Positions 44,627-55,105 of a DNA stretch of 64,000 bases are shown piece by piece. Made by a program: the position numbers and the translations under genes. The DNA is from an uncultured virus (IMG/VR IMGVR_UViG_3300035126_001036) (lineage: Duplodnaviria > Heunggongvirae > Uroviricota > Caudoviricetes), in the IMG/VR virus record IMGVR_UViG_3300035126_001036, positions 1-64,000 of that record. One strand, given 5' to 3'. How positions within the stretch are numbered: the first letter of the stretch is position 1; each line of letters opens with the position of its first letter. The notes below the pieces were generated by a model. It did not search any database, was not told the DNA's origin, and saw only the letters and a list, made by a program, of their open reading frames with translations.

Positions 44627-46168
44627 TTAACTTTTTTAAATCTTTATGGGAAGACTTCATTATCTCGCGCTACGTCTCTGTTGGGCTTCAATGGGGTGAC
44701 GCAGAATCTTATTCGTTTATGGGTGAATGTGTTGGATACAACTCTCTTTGTAAGTCCCTAGAAAGACTAGAAACTCAATACGCAAAATTGGGCTATAAGG
44801 TAGTTGACCGAGAAACGTGGGTTCTTGCTGGTGGTTATGGCGAAGAATATGAATCAAAACTTAGAATTAAAGTCTACAAACCAAAAATAGTCATAAGAGA
44901 TTCTGGTGCATCCGAATGGGTAAACAGTGCCGAATATTTCTTAAGTGAAGAGGGTCAAGAGTTTTTAAAGAAAAGTAGTGAATTTGCCAAACGTTACATT
45001 GAGAAAAATGACTGACTATTCCTGGTTAGAACCAATTCAAAGAGAAACCGAACGGATTAAAGAAGAAACCGAAAGCATTAGAGAAGAAAACAAGCGTCTC
45101 AGAGAAGCGAATATCAAAATATCCAAAATAAATGTCAAAGAGCAATTTGGACATATCCCAGATGGATTTTTTCTTGAAGAATCTCAAAAAAACTACTACA
45201 ACTACCGCGTAATTGATTATTGTTCAACTGGTGAAGGCCGAACCATTTTTCTACAGATATCTCGCAATGATTCAAATGAATATTATCAAAAACGATGGCA
45301 ACAATTTGTAGGAAACGATTTCTATCTGCCAGGAACAGAAGAACTTTATGAAAGGGAGTTCCTGAACAAATATTCTAGATTTCTTCCAAATGTTGTTGCT
45401 CATAAACTCCGAGATAGAAGTCTGACTATCTGGGAAACACAAGTACACTTTAACTACGGATAATTATGGAACTCTTAGAAAAATTTAATGATTATTGCAA
45501 TTTAGAATTTGCCTCTATGCCACATGGAATGCCTGTTTCTTGTGAACACTTACAGTCAATTGTAATAAGAGGTGCGATTCAGGCATTTAATCAAAGGGAG
45601 GGGGTTAGAAAATCTATCGCTCCTTATGAATTAGAAGAACTCGCAGACCTGATTGAACAGCAGGGTAACGGGACGGTTCAGGAAGTGTCCGAGGCTCATC
45701 GTCAGGTGGGTCTAGATGCCTTATAATACATTTGTCAACAACGGAGTTTTAATCAATGTCTAACAATTCTTCTTCATCTTCTAGCGGAATCGGATTTCCT
45801 GGTCTTTTAACTGTCCTGTTTATCGGCCTTAAACTGACTGGGTATATTAATTGGCCCTGGATTTGGGTGCTTTCACCGATTTTGATTAGTGTCAGTATCG
45901 TGGTTGCAATCATTTTGATCCTTGCACTTATTGCACTTATTGCGGAGATGAACAAGTGAATCTCATTCCACATTACCAAGGAACTTTTGAGGCATTCCGA
46001 CACGAAGACAAACAATATGGGCGCCTTGAGTATCTCTCTGGTGCTTATGTTTGGTTCTCATTTGATTTCTTCACTGAAAGTTATCAGAGTTTTGAAAATG
46101 AACTAAATCATAACCGAGAATTGGTTAAAGAACTAGAAAATTCTTACAAACAACTTAAAAATTCATAA
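44623..46168 (+). CDS. small hypothetical ORFs (44623-45015, ~45008-45463, 45466-45726, 45756-45959 membrane protein, 45956-46168)
   Basis: 45756 encodes GIGFPGLLTVLFIGLKLTGYINWPWIWVLSP, a common phage two-TM family. Confidence 0.65.
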
Positions 46169-46770
46169 TGAGGGATACCAACTATTTTTCATTGGATTTG
46201 GAGTTGAACAATAAAAATGATGGAACTACTCCACGAATTATTCAGGTTGGCATTGCCTGGGGGAGTCCAATAAGACCCGAGGAAATCAAGACACACTCTT
46301 GGTATCTTGACCCTGAAGAAAATATTACACCATTTATCACCGAACTCACAGGAATTACCGACGAAATTATCAAAGAGAAGTCGGTTTCTCATGAGACTGT
46401 GGCCGAAGAATTGGGGAAAATTATAAGGTCTTATGATTGTTTCGTTAATCCAATTTGTTGGGGTGGGTCTGGCTTTTCTTCAGATGCATCAGAACTTAAA
46501 GAAGAGTTTAATCAAAGGAGCATCAATTTTCCTTTTTTTGGAAGGCGAATTTTTGATGTGAAAACTCTTTATGTTTTCCAACAAATGACCAGTGGGCGAA
46601 ACTCAAGAGGTGGCCTAAAGTCGGCACTTTCTAGAAACAAACTAGAATTTATTGGTGAGCCACATAGGGCATCTGATGATGCATTCAATACATTGCGGCT
46701 GTTTTTTCATTATATCAATCGTTATAAAAAACTACAGAAAATGCTCCAAGACCTAAAGGACACTTTTTAA
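46168..46770 (+). CDS. DEDDh 3'-5' exonuclease (DnaQ-like)
   Basis: SLDLE, IIQVG, LTGIT, FDVK, HRASDDA. Confidence 0.88.
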   Translation: MRDTNYFSLDLELNNKNDGTTPRIIQVGIAWGSPIRPEEIKTHSWYLDPEENITPFITELTGITDEIIKEKSVSHETVAEELGKIIRSYDCFVNPICWGGSGFSSDASELKEEFNQRSINFPFFGRRIFDVKTLYVFQQMTSGRNSRGGLKSALSRNKLEFIGEPHRASDDAFNTLRLFFHYINRYKKLQKMLQDLKDTF

Positions 46771-46882
46771 ACTGGCACACTGGAGATAAAATCTGGTGTG
46801 TTTTTGGGTTATTATAATTAAGTACACAAAAAGAACTTCCACGACACCCTGTATTTCTTGGATTTGGGGATCCCGATGACTT

Positions 46883-49441
46883 ATGATTGAAGACCTAATT
46901 GAAAATCCATCCGAAGAGAATAGGCAAAAATATCTAGATTTTGTGAATCAAAAAGAATATGATCTGATTGTAGAGGCCCACGAGTTTCCACCAAAATCCC
47001 AGGAGTTTTTCGATAAAAAAAGCGAGGCCTTTGCTTTTAGGAGGGAATCTGCTAAGATTCTCCTGAGCCGATGGGTCGCCAAATACGGAACAGCTGAAAA
47101 TTGTCCGGTTTCTTATGCAGACACCCTAAATGTACCGTTTCAACAAATTAAACCACCAAAGGAGAATAATTAATGGATTATGATAAAGTATGGGAATCCA
47201 TGGATTCCTTAGAAGGAACTATCTGTAATGCTTGTAGTGTTCGTGAGGTCATTGAGACTGCTATTACTGCACTTGAAGAGCGAGATTATAAGAAGGCCGA
47301 AGCCCTGATGAATGCTTCTTATCAGTTTCTACAATATTTTATTGATGATTTTGATACGCATTTTAGAGTTGCCTGGGATGAAACCGTTGGTAAGTGTAAA
47401 AAAGAAGATCCTTCTCTATCTAAATTATGAAAGAAATTCTCAAAAAAGTTAATTATTTCTTCGCGTCTCTTATCAGGAACGAGCCGACTTCCCCGGCCCT
47501 GTCTAAAATTATCAATCAGTATCTGGATGACTCGGGCACGACTATTGTAATCCATGACGAATACTCATGCACTCTTCAACACCCAACCTTTAAAATATTG
47601 CCCTTATGGATTAATAATTACCCTTATTGTTATGGGTTTCTTTATCCGGCTAATTTTAAATGCACTCTAGCCGATTTAAAAAATTATGAGGAACTCAAAA
47701 AGATTTTTGGTCGAAAACTTCCTGACCGAAAGACCGTCTGTCGTCTGCACGAGGCCGTAGAAAATAAAAAGAAAGAATTGGGATACTATCCCGATTCAGT
47801 AGAAAAACGAGCCAGGGAAATTCTAAATGTTTAATCTGTTTCTTCTAACACTTCTCACTTGTAATCAGGTTTTCGAGCTTTATAAAAGATTGATAACCAA
47901 TCCTAGTCTCACTGAGACTCAAAAGAAAGAAATTATGAAAGAAATTCAGAAAGTGGTCAAATCATGTCCTGTGATTATTAAAAAATAAGCATGTTTAAAT
48001 TATTAGAATACACAAATTCCAAAGATTATTCTGGATATTCATTTATGATATCCAATCCTTATAATGAGGATGAAGAGGATAAACATTATTGTCAATTACA
48101 TATTAGACTTAGATCTCACTCTTGGTACTGGCGCCTCCCTGAATTTTTTAAACCCCAAAAAAAATGGGTAGACACATCCAAATATTCCTGGAGTACTTCG
48201 CCAAATAGTGGGTATTGGAATTATATCCGTAAAGAATATGGATTTCATATTCTAGATGATTATGTTCATGTTCACTATGGAATTCAACCAGGATGTTGGT
48301 CTAAGTCTGATAAAACAAATTCGGATCATACTAAACTATTTGATATCCCCTGGAAGCAAAAGGATTTTATGTATGAGAAATTCTGGACTCCAGAATGGGA
48401 AGTTTATGACACTGTAGAACCTAAAAAGTCCGAAAGATTAGATTTTGATCGCTTACACACTATTATGGAAAATGTCCCAAAAGTAAAATTTAAGTTCGAT
48501 GATTTTGATGGTGAGGAAATTGTTGCTACATGTTATATTACTGAACGGCGCTGGGATCATGGGACTGGGTGGTTTAAATGGCTAAAATATTTTGTAAAAC
48601 CAGAAATCATATACTACCTTGAATTGGAATTCAATAATGAGGTTGGTAAAAGAAAAGGTTCTTGGAAAGGAGGAACACTAGGGCATTCAACTCTTATTAA
48701 TTATAAAGAAAGCCCCCTAGAGGTGTTTAAACGTTATGGTTCTGATGAGGAGAATAAATTTACCAATATTCAGCAAATTTAAATGAGTGATTTCTTTACA
48801 CAAACATCAGACGAGCCATATTTACGGCACGATTATAAAATCCACTTCATAAATAAAAAAACAAGAACATTTGACAATTATCATGATGTACTTCAGACTT
48901 GGTTTCAGACGCCAGGTGAACTTTTAGATTATGTCGAGATTTTAGACTACCAAGAAAAAGCGAAGGGGTTTTAAAATGCAAATTAACTGGTTTAACGTAT
49001 TGATAGATCTTTATATTATCTGGTATGGATTTAATTACGGAAAAAATAAAGATGATAAGTAAACCAATTTTAGGAACAGAAAATAAAACAAAAATGTCGT
49101 GGGCCGAGTATATTTTTACTCACGTTCTCCCTACCTGGGTTCAGGTTTTTAGAATGAACTTTAGAATCTGGGCGGACCTTATGACAGATAATTTAGATAA
49201 TTATGCTCTTCTAAAAAATGATGATCCACTAGAAGAATGTTTGGGTTGGTTTTGGTCTAGTCTCGGTGAAGATGAGGTTTATCCAAAAGAGTTTCTAGAA
49301 CATCTACTTGAGCTGGTTGATGAGGTTAAAACTGGTAAAGTGAAGACTTATAGTTGGGAAGAATTTAAAGAGGACCTAGAGCTTTTAGGAATGGACGATT
49401 CTGAAAGTGACCACTTAGGCTCCAAATCTGGTTTAAATTGA
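46883..49441 (+). CDS. hypothetical ORFs (46883-47173, 47173-47430, 47427-47834, 47991-48782, 48783-48974, 49025-49441)
   Basis: Co-oriented ORFs; no domains recognised. Confidence 0.6.
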
Positions 49442-49474
49442 GTTAAACTGTGAAAGTTCAAAGGAAAATTATTA

Positions 49475-50461
49475 ATGACTGACCCTATCCACATTGCACT
49501 AGACCGACTACATGACTATGCAGTTGGCCATCCTAATCATGACACTGATGAGATAGTGGAAGCCGCCATCGAGCCGGAGGGGCCGAGCTACAGGGATGTC
49601 TTGGCTCTCCGCGACGAATTGGATGCCGATGGCTACGGGACAGTCGATCTAGTCGCTTTCGCCCATGCCGTCCTAGCCCGCTACGGCCGCCCCACCATCG
49701 AGCCGGTGCCTGATACGAAAGCGCATGAATTGCTGAACCTGTTACTCGATGATCTTGATGCTCTGGTTGACAGCTCTGAAGGGGTCGCGGGACTACACCT
49801 AAATGGAGATGTTGCGAGTTGGGAATCGCTGCGCGAAGGGGGTAGATTTGAGACTTGGCTTATGCGCATGGACGAGGCTAGAGCTTTTCTTGATTCAACC
49901 ATGGATGAGCCTGATGACATTGCCACCACCATCGAGCCGGTGCCCGAGCCGGAGGGGAATGGGCTGTTTCATTGGCGGAACCTTGGCGACGGAAAGCCCG
50001 TTCAAGTTCGGGAGTGCCCTATGTGCGGTATCGCCCCGGCAAACGTGGACGATTGCGGTCGATTCGGTGATCCAGCCTGCCCCTATTTCGGTGTTGGCGA
50101 ACCCGAGCCGGAGGGGGTGACGGATGAGGAGTGGGACGCGATAAAAGATCGCATGTGGCGGCATTACGAAACTACTGGCTATCAAGGCGAACGGTTTATC
50201 TATCAAGGCGATTTCGATACAGCGCTTGATGTTGCCCGCCAAGAACTCGCCCGTTTCGCCCGCCCCACCATCAAGCCGGTGCCCGTCGCTGAGCGGCCAT
50301 GGGAGCGCGAGGGGTGGTGTGATAAATGCGGGATGTGTTGGAGATTTGATCCGTGTGACCGTGGATGGTGGTCTTACGGCCCCATCCTTCCTTCTGATGG
50401 CGACCCAGCCCCCTTCACCTACCTGCTCCCCCACCACGCCCTGCCGGTGCCCGGTGCCTGA
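49475..50461 (+). CDS. GC-rich mosaic protein with repeated (P/T)TIEPVP linkers, DUF551-like C-terminus
   Basis: GC rises after about 49550; ccaccatc(g/a)agccggtgcc occurs three times; bounded by boxes at 49391 and 50491. Confidence 0.7.
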   Translation: MTDPIHIALDRLHDYAVGHPNHDTDEIVEAAIEPEGPSYRDVLALRDELDADGYGTVDLVAFAHAVLARYGRPTIEPVPDTKAHELLNLLLDDLDALVDSSEGVAGLHLNGDVASWESLREGGRFETWLMRMDEARAFLDSTMDEPDDIATTIEPVPEPEGNGLFHWRNLGDGKPVQVRECPMCGIAPANVDDCGRFGDPACPYFGVGEPEPEGVTDEEWDAIKDRMWRHYETTGYQGERFIYQGDFDTALDVARQELARFARPTIKPVPVAERPWEREGWCDKCGMCWRFDPCDRGWWSYGPILPSDGDPAPFTYLLPHHALPVPGA

Positions 50462-50951
50462 GGGGAGGTGATGGCACGACCTTAGCCGAGAATGACACTT
50501 TAAGAACTGTCCACTTCTGACAAAATTCTAGAAATCCCTAGATACAATAAGATCAAATCAATTCAGGTTTCCAATGTCCCGCACCCATCGCCAAACTTCT
50601 TACAATAAATGTGCTCTTAGGAGCCCCAAAACCCTGAACGAAAAACGTCAAATTGATTCTTTTCTCACCGATGATGAAACTGTGGAGTTTCAGATTTCTG
50701 GTATGAATAGGATCAAAAATCGCCGGTCCATTCCCACACATCACGACGACAATGTTTGTTCTTCTTATTATGAGACTGATTATGACCACCACTGAAAAAA
50801 CTGCGTATTCTAAGTCTATGTTAGCAGATGCTGAAGATTTTCTCTGGAAAAACTTTGGTATCTCTGTAGGAACCCCCGATTATGAATGGCCTCAAGATCA
50901 AATCATCTCAGAGGCTGTAAAACGCGGCTGGAAATTTAGTTTTTATTGATT

Positions 50952-51422
50952 ATGACAACCAAAACACAACTTCAAACCAAAATTCAAGAACTGGAAGAAG
51001 AACTTTCTTCTTTTAAACAACAATTGAATAACTATAAAAACCATCCAACTATTCAAGAGGCATCTGTAGGTGACGTTCTTGAGGATGGCTGTATCGTCCT
51101 TAAAAAAGAAAATGGTCTCGCTCTTCTTGTAGCACCAAACTCAACCGAGGTTTATGCTACTTGGAGTAAAGAATTCCCTGAAGTCTTCAAGAAACTAGAA
51201 GAACGAGGATTTAATCCTTCTCAGTTCTTTATTCCAACCATAAATCAACTTAATCTTGCCTATAAGACCATTCCTCAACACTTCGCCAGCACCGACTATT
51301 GGTCTTCTACAGAGATTACTGCTACCATCGCTTGCTGCCAGGGCTTTAGCGGTGGTAACATCTTCAGCTTCATTGAGACGATCATGAACCGCGTGCGTGC
51401 CTTCCGGTGTGTTACTTATTGA
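50952..51422 (+). CDS. small coiled-coil + CLec/DUF1566-like protein, candidate DGR target (copy 2)
   Basis: Paralog of 13600-14070; ends YWSSTEITATIACCQGFSGGNIFSFIETIMNRVRAFRCVTY. Confidence 0.75.
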   Translation: MTTKTQLQTKIQELEEELSSFKQQLNNYKNHPTIQEASVGDVLEDGCIVLKKENGLALLVAPNSTEVYATWSKEFPEVFKKLEERGFNPSQFFIPTINQLNLAYKTIPQHFASTDYWSSTEITATIACCQGFSGGNIFSFIETIMNRVRAFRCVTY

Positions 51423-51684
51423 ACCTTGACACTTGAGGAACTGTCCATACTTCTGCCCGCACCACAAATGCGGGTTTTATAATATTTACAGTTAATCCAA
51501 ATTCAATGGACACCTTCGGATTTTATGATGCATCAAATTGGCCCCAAGATCCTAAACAAAACTCGGCTTGGAATGCCTATGCAAGGTCCACCACTCGGCG
51601 GTATCTTTCACCCGGAATCGCCCCTGAATGTTTTGTTGTAAGGCATCGTGGCTATAAGGGATACTACGTTTTTGGTAAATAAAC

Positions 51685-52822
51685 ATGGCAATTTGGGAAG
51701 CTAAAATTATTGCGGTTCAAAACGGACCCTTTATTAATGTGCGAGTAAATGCAAGTTCTGCAAACACCGCAAAAGCAACAATTAATGCGATTTATAATAA
51801 TCCCCCAATGATTACTAACCTTAGATGTGTTAGTAGTAGGGATAGTGGTGGTAATTATACATCTTCATCGGATCCAGATGATATGACTATCAAGTACTGG
51901 ATTTTAGGAATTGGTACTGTTTTATATTTTGCCGTGACTTATTGGTATATCGCCATTCCTTTGGGGATTTTGGCATTTATTTTGTGGCTTAAATGGAACA
52001 GTTTGTAAATTTTGATTGCGTCTTTTTGGGTCAATTCCAAAACTGTCACACCCCTGTCAGCAAATGGCAACCATGTGCCCTAAGATACAGAGCAATCGAA
52101 AAAAGCCAATGATTTCTTATTTCTCCCAAATTCTCGCCAATGATCTCACTGTTGATGATATTGAGAATCTTTCACTAGAAGATACTTATAAGGTTCTAGA
52201 CGAACTACAATCTTATAAGGAAGTTTATTTCGCAAAATGGCGTAAGGTCCCAAAAGCCGAGATTGATTCAGAAAAGAGTGTTGAAATTCTTGAGGACATG
52301 AAGGCCTACAATACTCTTTTTATTGTCGCAAAGCGTCGGGCTCATTATCTCAATCATGCAAAAGTGAAGCAACTGACAACTGCTGTTATTGTATGGAAAA
52401 AGCGTGCCTTTAAACTTGGTAAGGACCTCGGTTTTTCTAATGACCAGGTGAAGGAGATTATGGTTTACTGAACTTAATTAAATAAGCCGTAACAGATCCA
52501 ACAAGAAGAACACAAAAACCAGTAAGAATTTCTTGGGTCATTGTTTTTCCATAAATACTTATTATTTATTGATATCATGCAAGACCTAATCGCCCAAGAA
52601 ATTCTTAAAATTCTCATGGAATCGGGTATCTTTAGAGAAGAAAGTACTGCTCTAGAAGTTTTGGAATCTGCCCCTAAATCCTGGATTGCTGAACTAGAAG
52701 AATCAGCTAGTTTTGTGGCCATTTCTTCACTGCAAGAGAGCCTAGAAGAGGCCGTTGCGAATAAAGATTTTGAGTCGGCAAAGAACATTAAAGAAAAAAT
52801 TGCACAACTGAGCCAATCTTAA
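51685..52822 (+). CDS. hypothetical ORFs (51685-52008 membrane protein, ~52109-52471, ~52577-52822)
   Basis: 52577 ORF follows ATAAATA and ends in a UVR-like LEEAVANKDFESAKNIKEKI. Confidence 0.6.
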
Positions 52823-53253
52823 AAGTGTCCACTTTTTAAAAAGTCTGGGCACTTTTTGGCTATTATCGTTTTGTATCTGAGAAAGATGCTGATGATCTTC
52901 ATAAAACCGCTGATAAACTTAGGGAATCTGTCGATAAACTTGTAAACAAGAAAAATGGTAAAAACCGAAAAAGAACTTAGAGAATTAATTAAAAAGAGCA
53001 CGAAATTAATTAAAAAACAAAATGAAAGACTGGAACAACTGATTCAAACCCTTAAAGAGACCAATTCACAAACTGGCACACGACCACCAGATTCTCCCTG
53101 ATCGGGTGCTATTCTTTAAAGGTGTTAAGGGCTCTCGCTCAATTTTGGGATTCCGTCTCACTTAACACAAATCGAAAAGGAATTTGTGCAGGCTTCTTTT
53201 CTTCTATTTAATCCGTTACAATGGGCCTGAGTTGAAGCAGGCTTGTTTTTCTT

Positions 53254-53332
53254 ACTCCACTGGCGAAACGGTAAACGCGGCAGACTCAAAATCTGCTTCT
53301 TCGGATTCCCAGTTCAAATCTGGGGTGGAGTA
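53254..53332 (+). tRNA. tRNA-Leu (anticodon CAA)
   Basis: Acceptor ACTCCAC/GTGGAGT; D arm GGCGAAACGGTAAACGC; anticodon stem GCAGA-CTCAAAA-TCTGC; T arm CCCAG-TTCAAAT-CTGGG; discriminator A; no encoded CCA. Confidence 0.88.
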
Positions 53333-53966
53333 CTAACCTACTATTCTTTATTATGAACACTTTACATCAAGACATTGAAAAAATTACTAATATGAGTTGC
53401 GGCGATGTAATTGATATTAATATGTCTGAAGAATCTGGTGGAGAAGTTCATCGTCATAATGATGGCTTGGTTCTTTATGAAATCCCATTATATGGTGGTG
53501 AAGGTAATTTAGTCGCAACATACCAGTTTAATAAAGAAGGTATTGAGGAATTAGTTACAACAGTCCATTCTTGGACATAGTAAGTATTTTTTACCATGAA
53601 CACCACAGAAACCATTAATCTTCTCACAAAAAGAATCAAAAATCTTAAAGAAGAACTAGACCAAAATCCACAATATAAACAAAACATTGTGGATTCTATT
53701 CTAGACGACATTTCTTATTATCAAAACCAACTGAATTCTTTACGAGACCAATGACTGAAGAAAATTTCTATCTTTTGTGGGAAAGATTCGCTCTTTCTGA
53801 AATTACAAAAAGTATTCCTGATAATGTAGAAGAATTTTGTAAACAGAATGAAATTACTGTTGATTATTTTATAGAGGAGTGGTTGTGACGATTTGAAAGG
53901 TGCCCACCTCTTAAGGCCTAGCCGCAATCCATCCACTAAAATTACCAAGCATTTCACAAGAAACTT

Positions 53967-54536
53967 ATGAGCATCCATCTTGACAAATACCTCAATCAAG
54001 AGGTCCAAATAGAACTCCGAAACGGAGAGGGAAATATTGGCGTAGTTGAAGAATGTCGAGATTCATGTTTTAGCTTCAGATTTAAAATAGGAAATAACCC
54101 AAATTATTATAATACACAAGGATATTATAGTAGCTCTTGTAAGGCAGACCCCCACGACATCGTATCAATCAAACCATTCACAAAAACCATGAAATTCACC
54201 GGACTTGCCCAAAAACATCCACACATTGACCTCAATAAGTTTATTGGAAAGACTATTCTTATTCGGCTGAATAAAGAATATTCGAGCCTTTCAACCCAAT
54301 ATATTGGAAAAGTTTCTGGTGATTTAAACATCGGTGGGTTTCATTTTACAAATTCAGGAAAGCGTTCTCATTGCCCAACTACTCAATGGATTACAGAAAT
54401 CTATGAAGAAGGAGCCTTCCACATTGAAACCAAAGAAATTCCTGATGTAGACCCCGAAGTAGAAAAGGCCAAAGAAGCCGTAAAAAATCTGTCTGAGGAA
54501 CAAATTGCTCAACTTCTTCATTCTCTTAAAAAATGA
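53967..54536 (+). CDS. hypothetical protein, paralog of 36773-37321
   Basis: AQKHPHIDLN.F and EIYEEGAFHIETKE...LSEEQIAQLLHSLKK. Confidence 0.75.
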   Translation: MSIHLDKYLNQEVQIELRNGEGNIGVVEECRDSCFSFRFKIGNNPNYYNTQGYYSSSCKADPHDIVSIKPFTKTMKFTGLAQKHPHIDLNKFIGKTILIRLNKEYSSLSTQYIGKVSGDLNIGGFHFTNSGKRSHCPTTQWITEIYEEGAFHIETKEIPDVDPEVEKAKEAVKNLSEEQIAQLLHSLKK

Positions 54537-54733
54537 GCTGGCTTCCACTTGAAACTGCACCAAAAGACCGCAAAATGTTTGCTGTCATTGCCAAGGATGT
54601 TGTAGTAACTCCAAATGGAGTTCCCTATACCACTTACCCATATTATGTTTGGATGGAAAATGAGGACACATTTGCTAGATGGCCACACCCATTTCCACCA
54701 ACCCATTGGCATCCTATGCCCAATTTTTCTTAA
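54533..54733 (+). CDS. DUF551-like small protein
   Basis: WLPLETAPKD...PTHWHPMP. Confidence 0.65.
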   Translation: MSWLPLETAPKDRKMFAVIAKDVVVTPNGVPYTTYPYYVWMENEDTFARWPHPFPPTHWHPMPNFS

Positions 54734-54831
54734 TTATGAAACCACTTTTTAAACCGTCCACTGCACCACCACAAGCCGCCCATTTCACTCTATACTAAAA
54801 AAGTCCACTTAATTCATCAAACAAACAAAAA

Positions 54832-55103
54832 ATGGCATTCTACACTAAAAAACCAGTCACTATTGAGGCTCGTCAATTTGACGGAACACTTGAATGCACC
54901 CAGGCTCTTTATGAGTGGGTGGAAAGCTGCAATCCTGGAAGCTCCGATACCTTCAAAATCCAGACGGAACTTGCCTGATGTATATCACTACTCTTGAGGG
55001 TCCACACAGTAGCACTATTGGGGACTTTCTTATCCGAGGAGTAAAGAACAAATTTTACTTCTGCAAGCCAGATATTTTTGAAATGACTTACGACCCCGCC
55101 TGA
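54832..55103 (+). pseudogene. frameshifted paralog of the 34762 family
   Basis: MAFYTKKPVTIEARQFDG in one frame; ITTLEG...GDFLIRGVKNKFYFCKPDIFEMTY in the -1 frame from about 54940. Confidence 0.55.
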
Positions 55104-55105
55104 TT

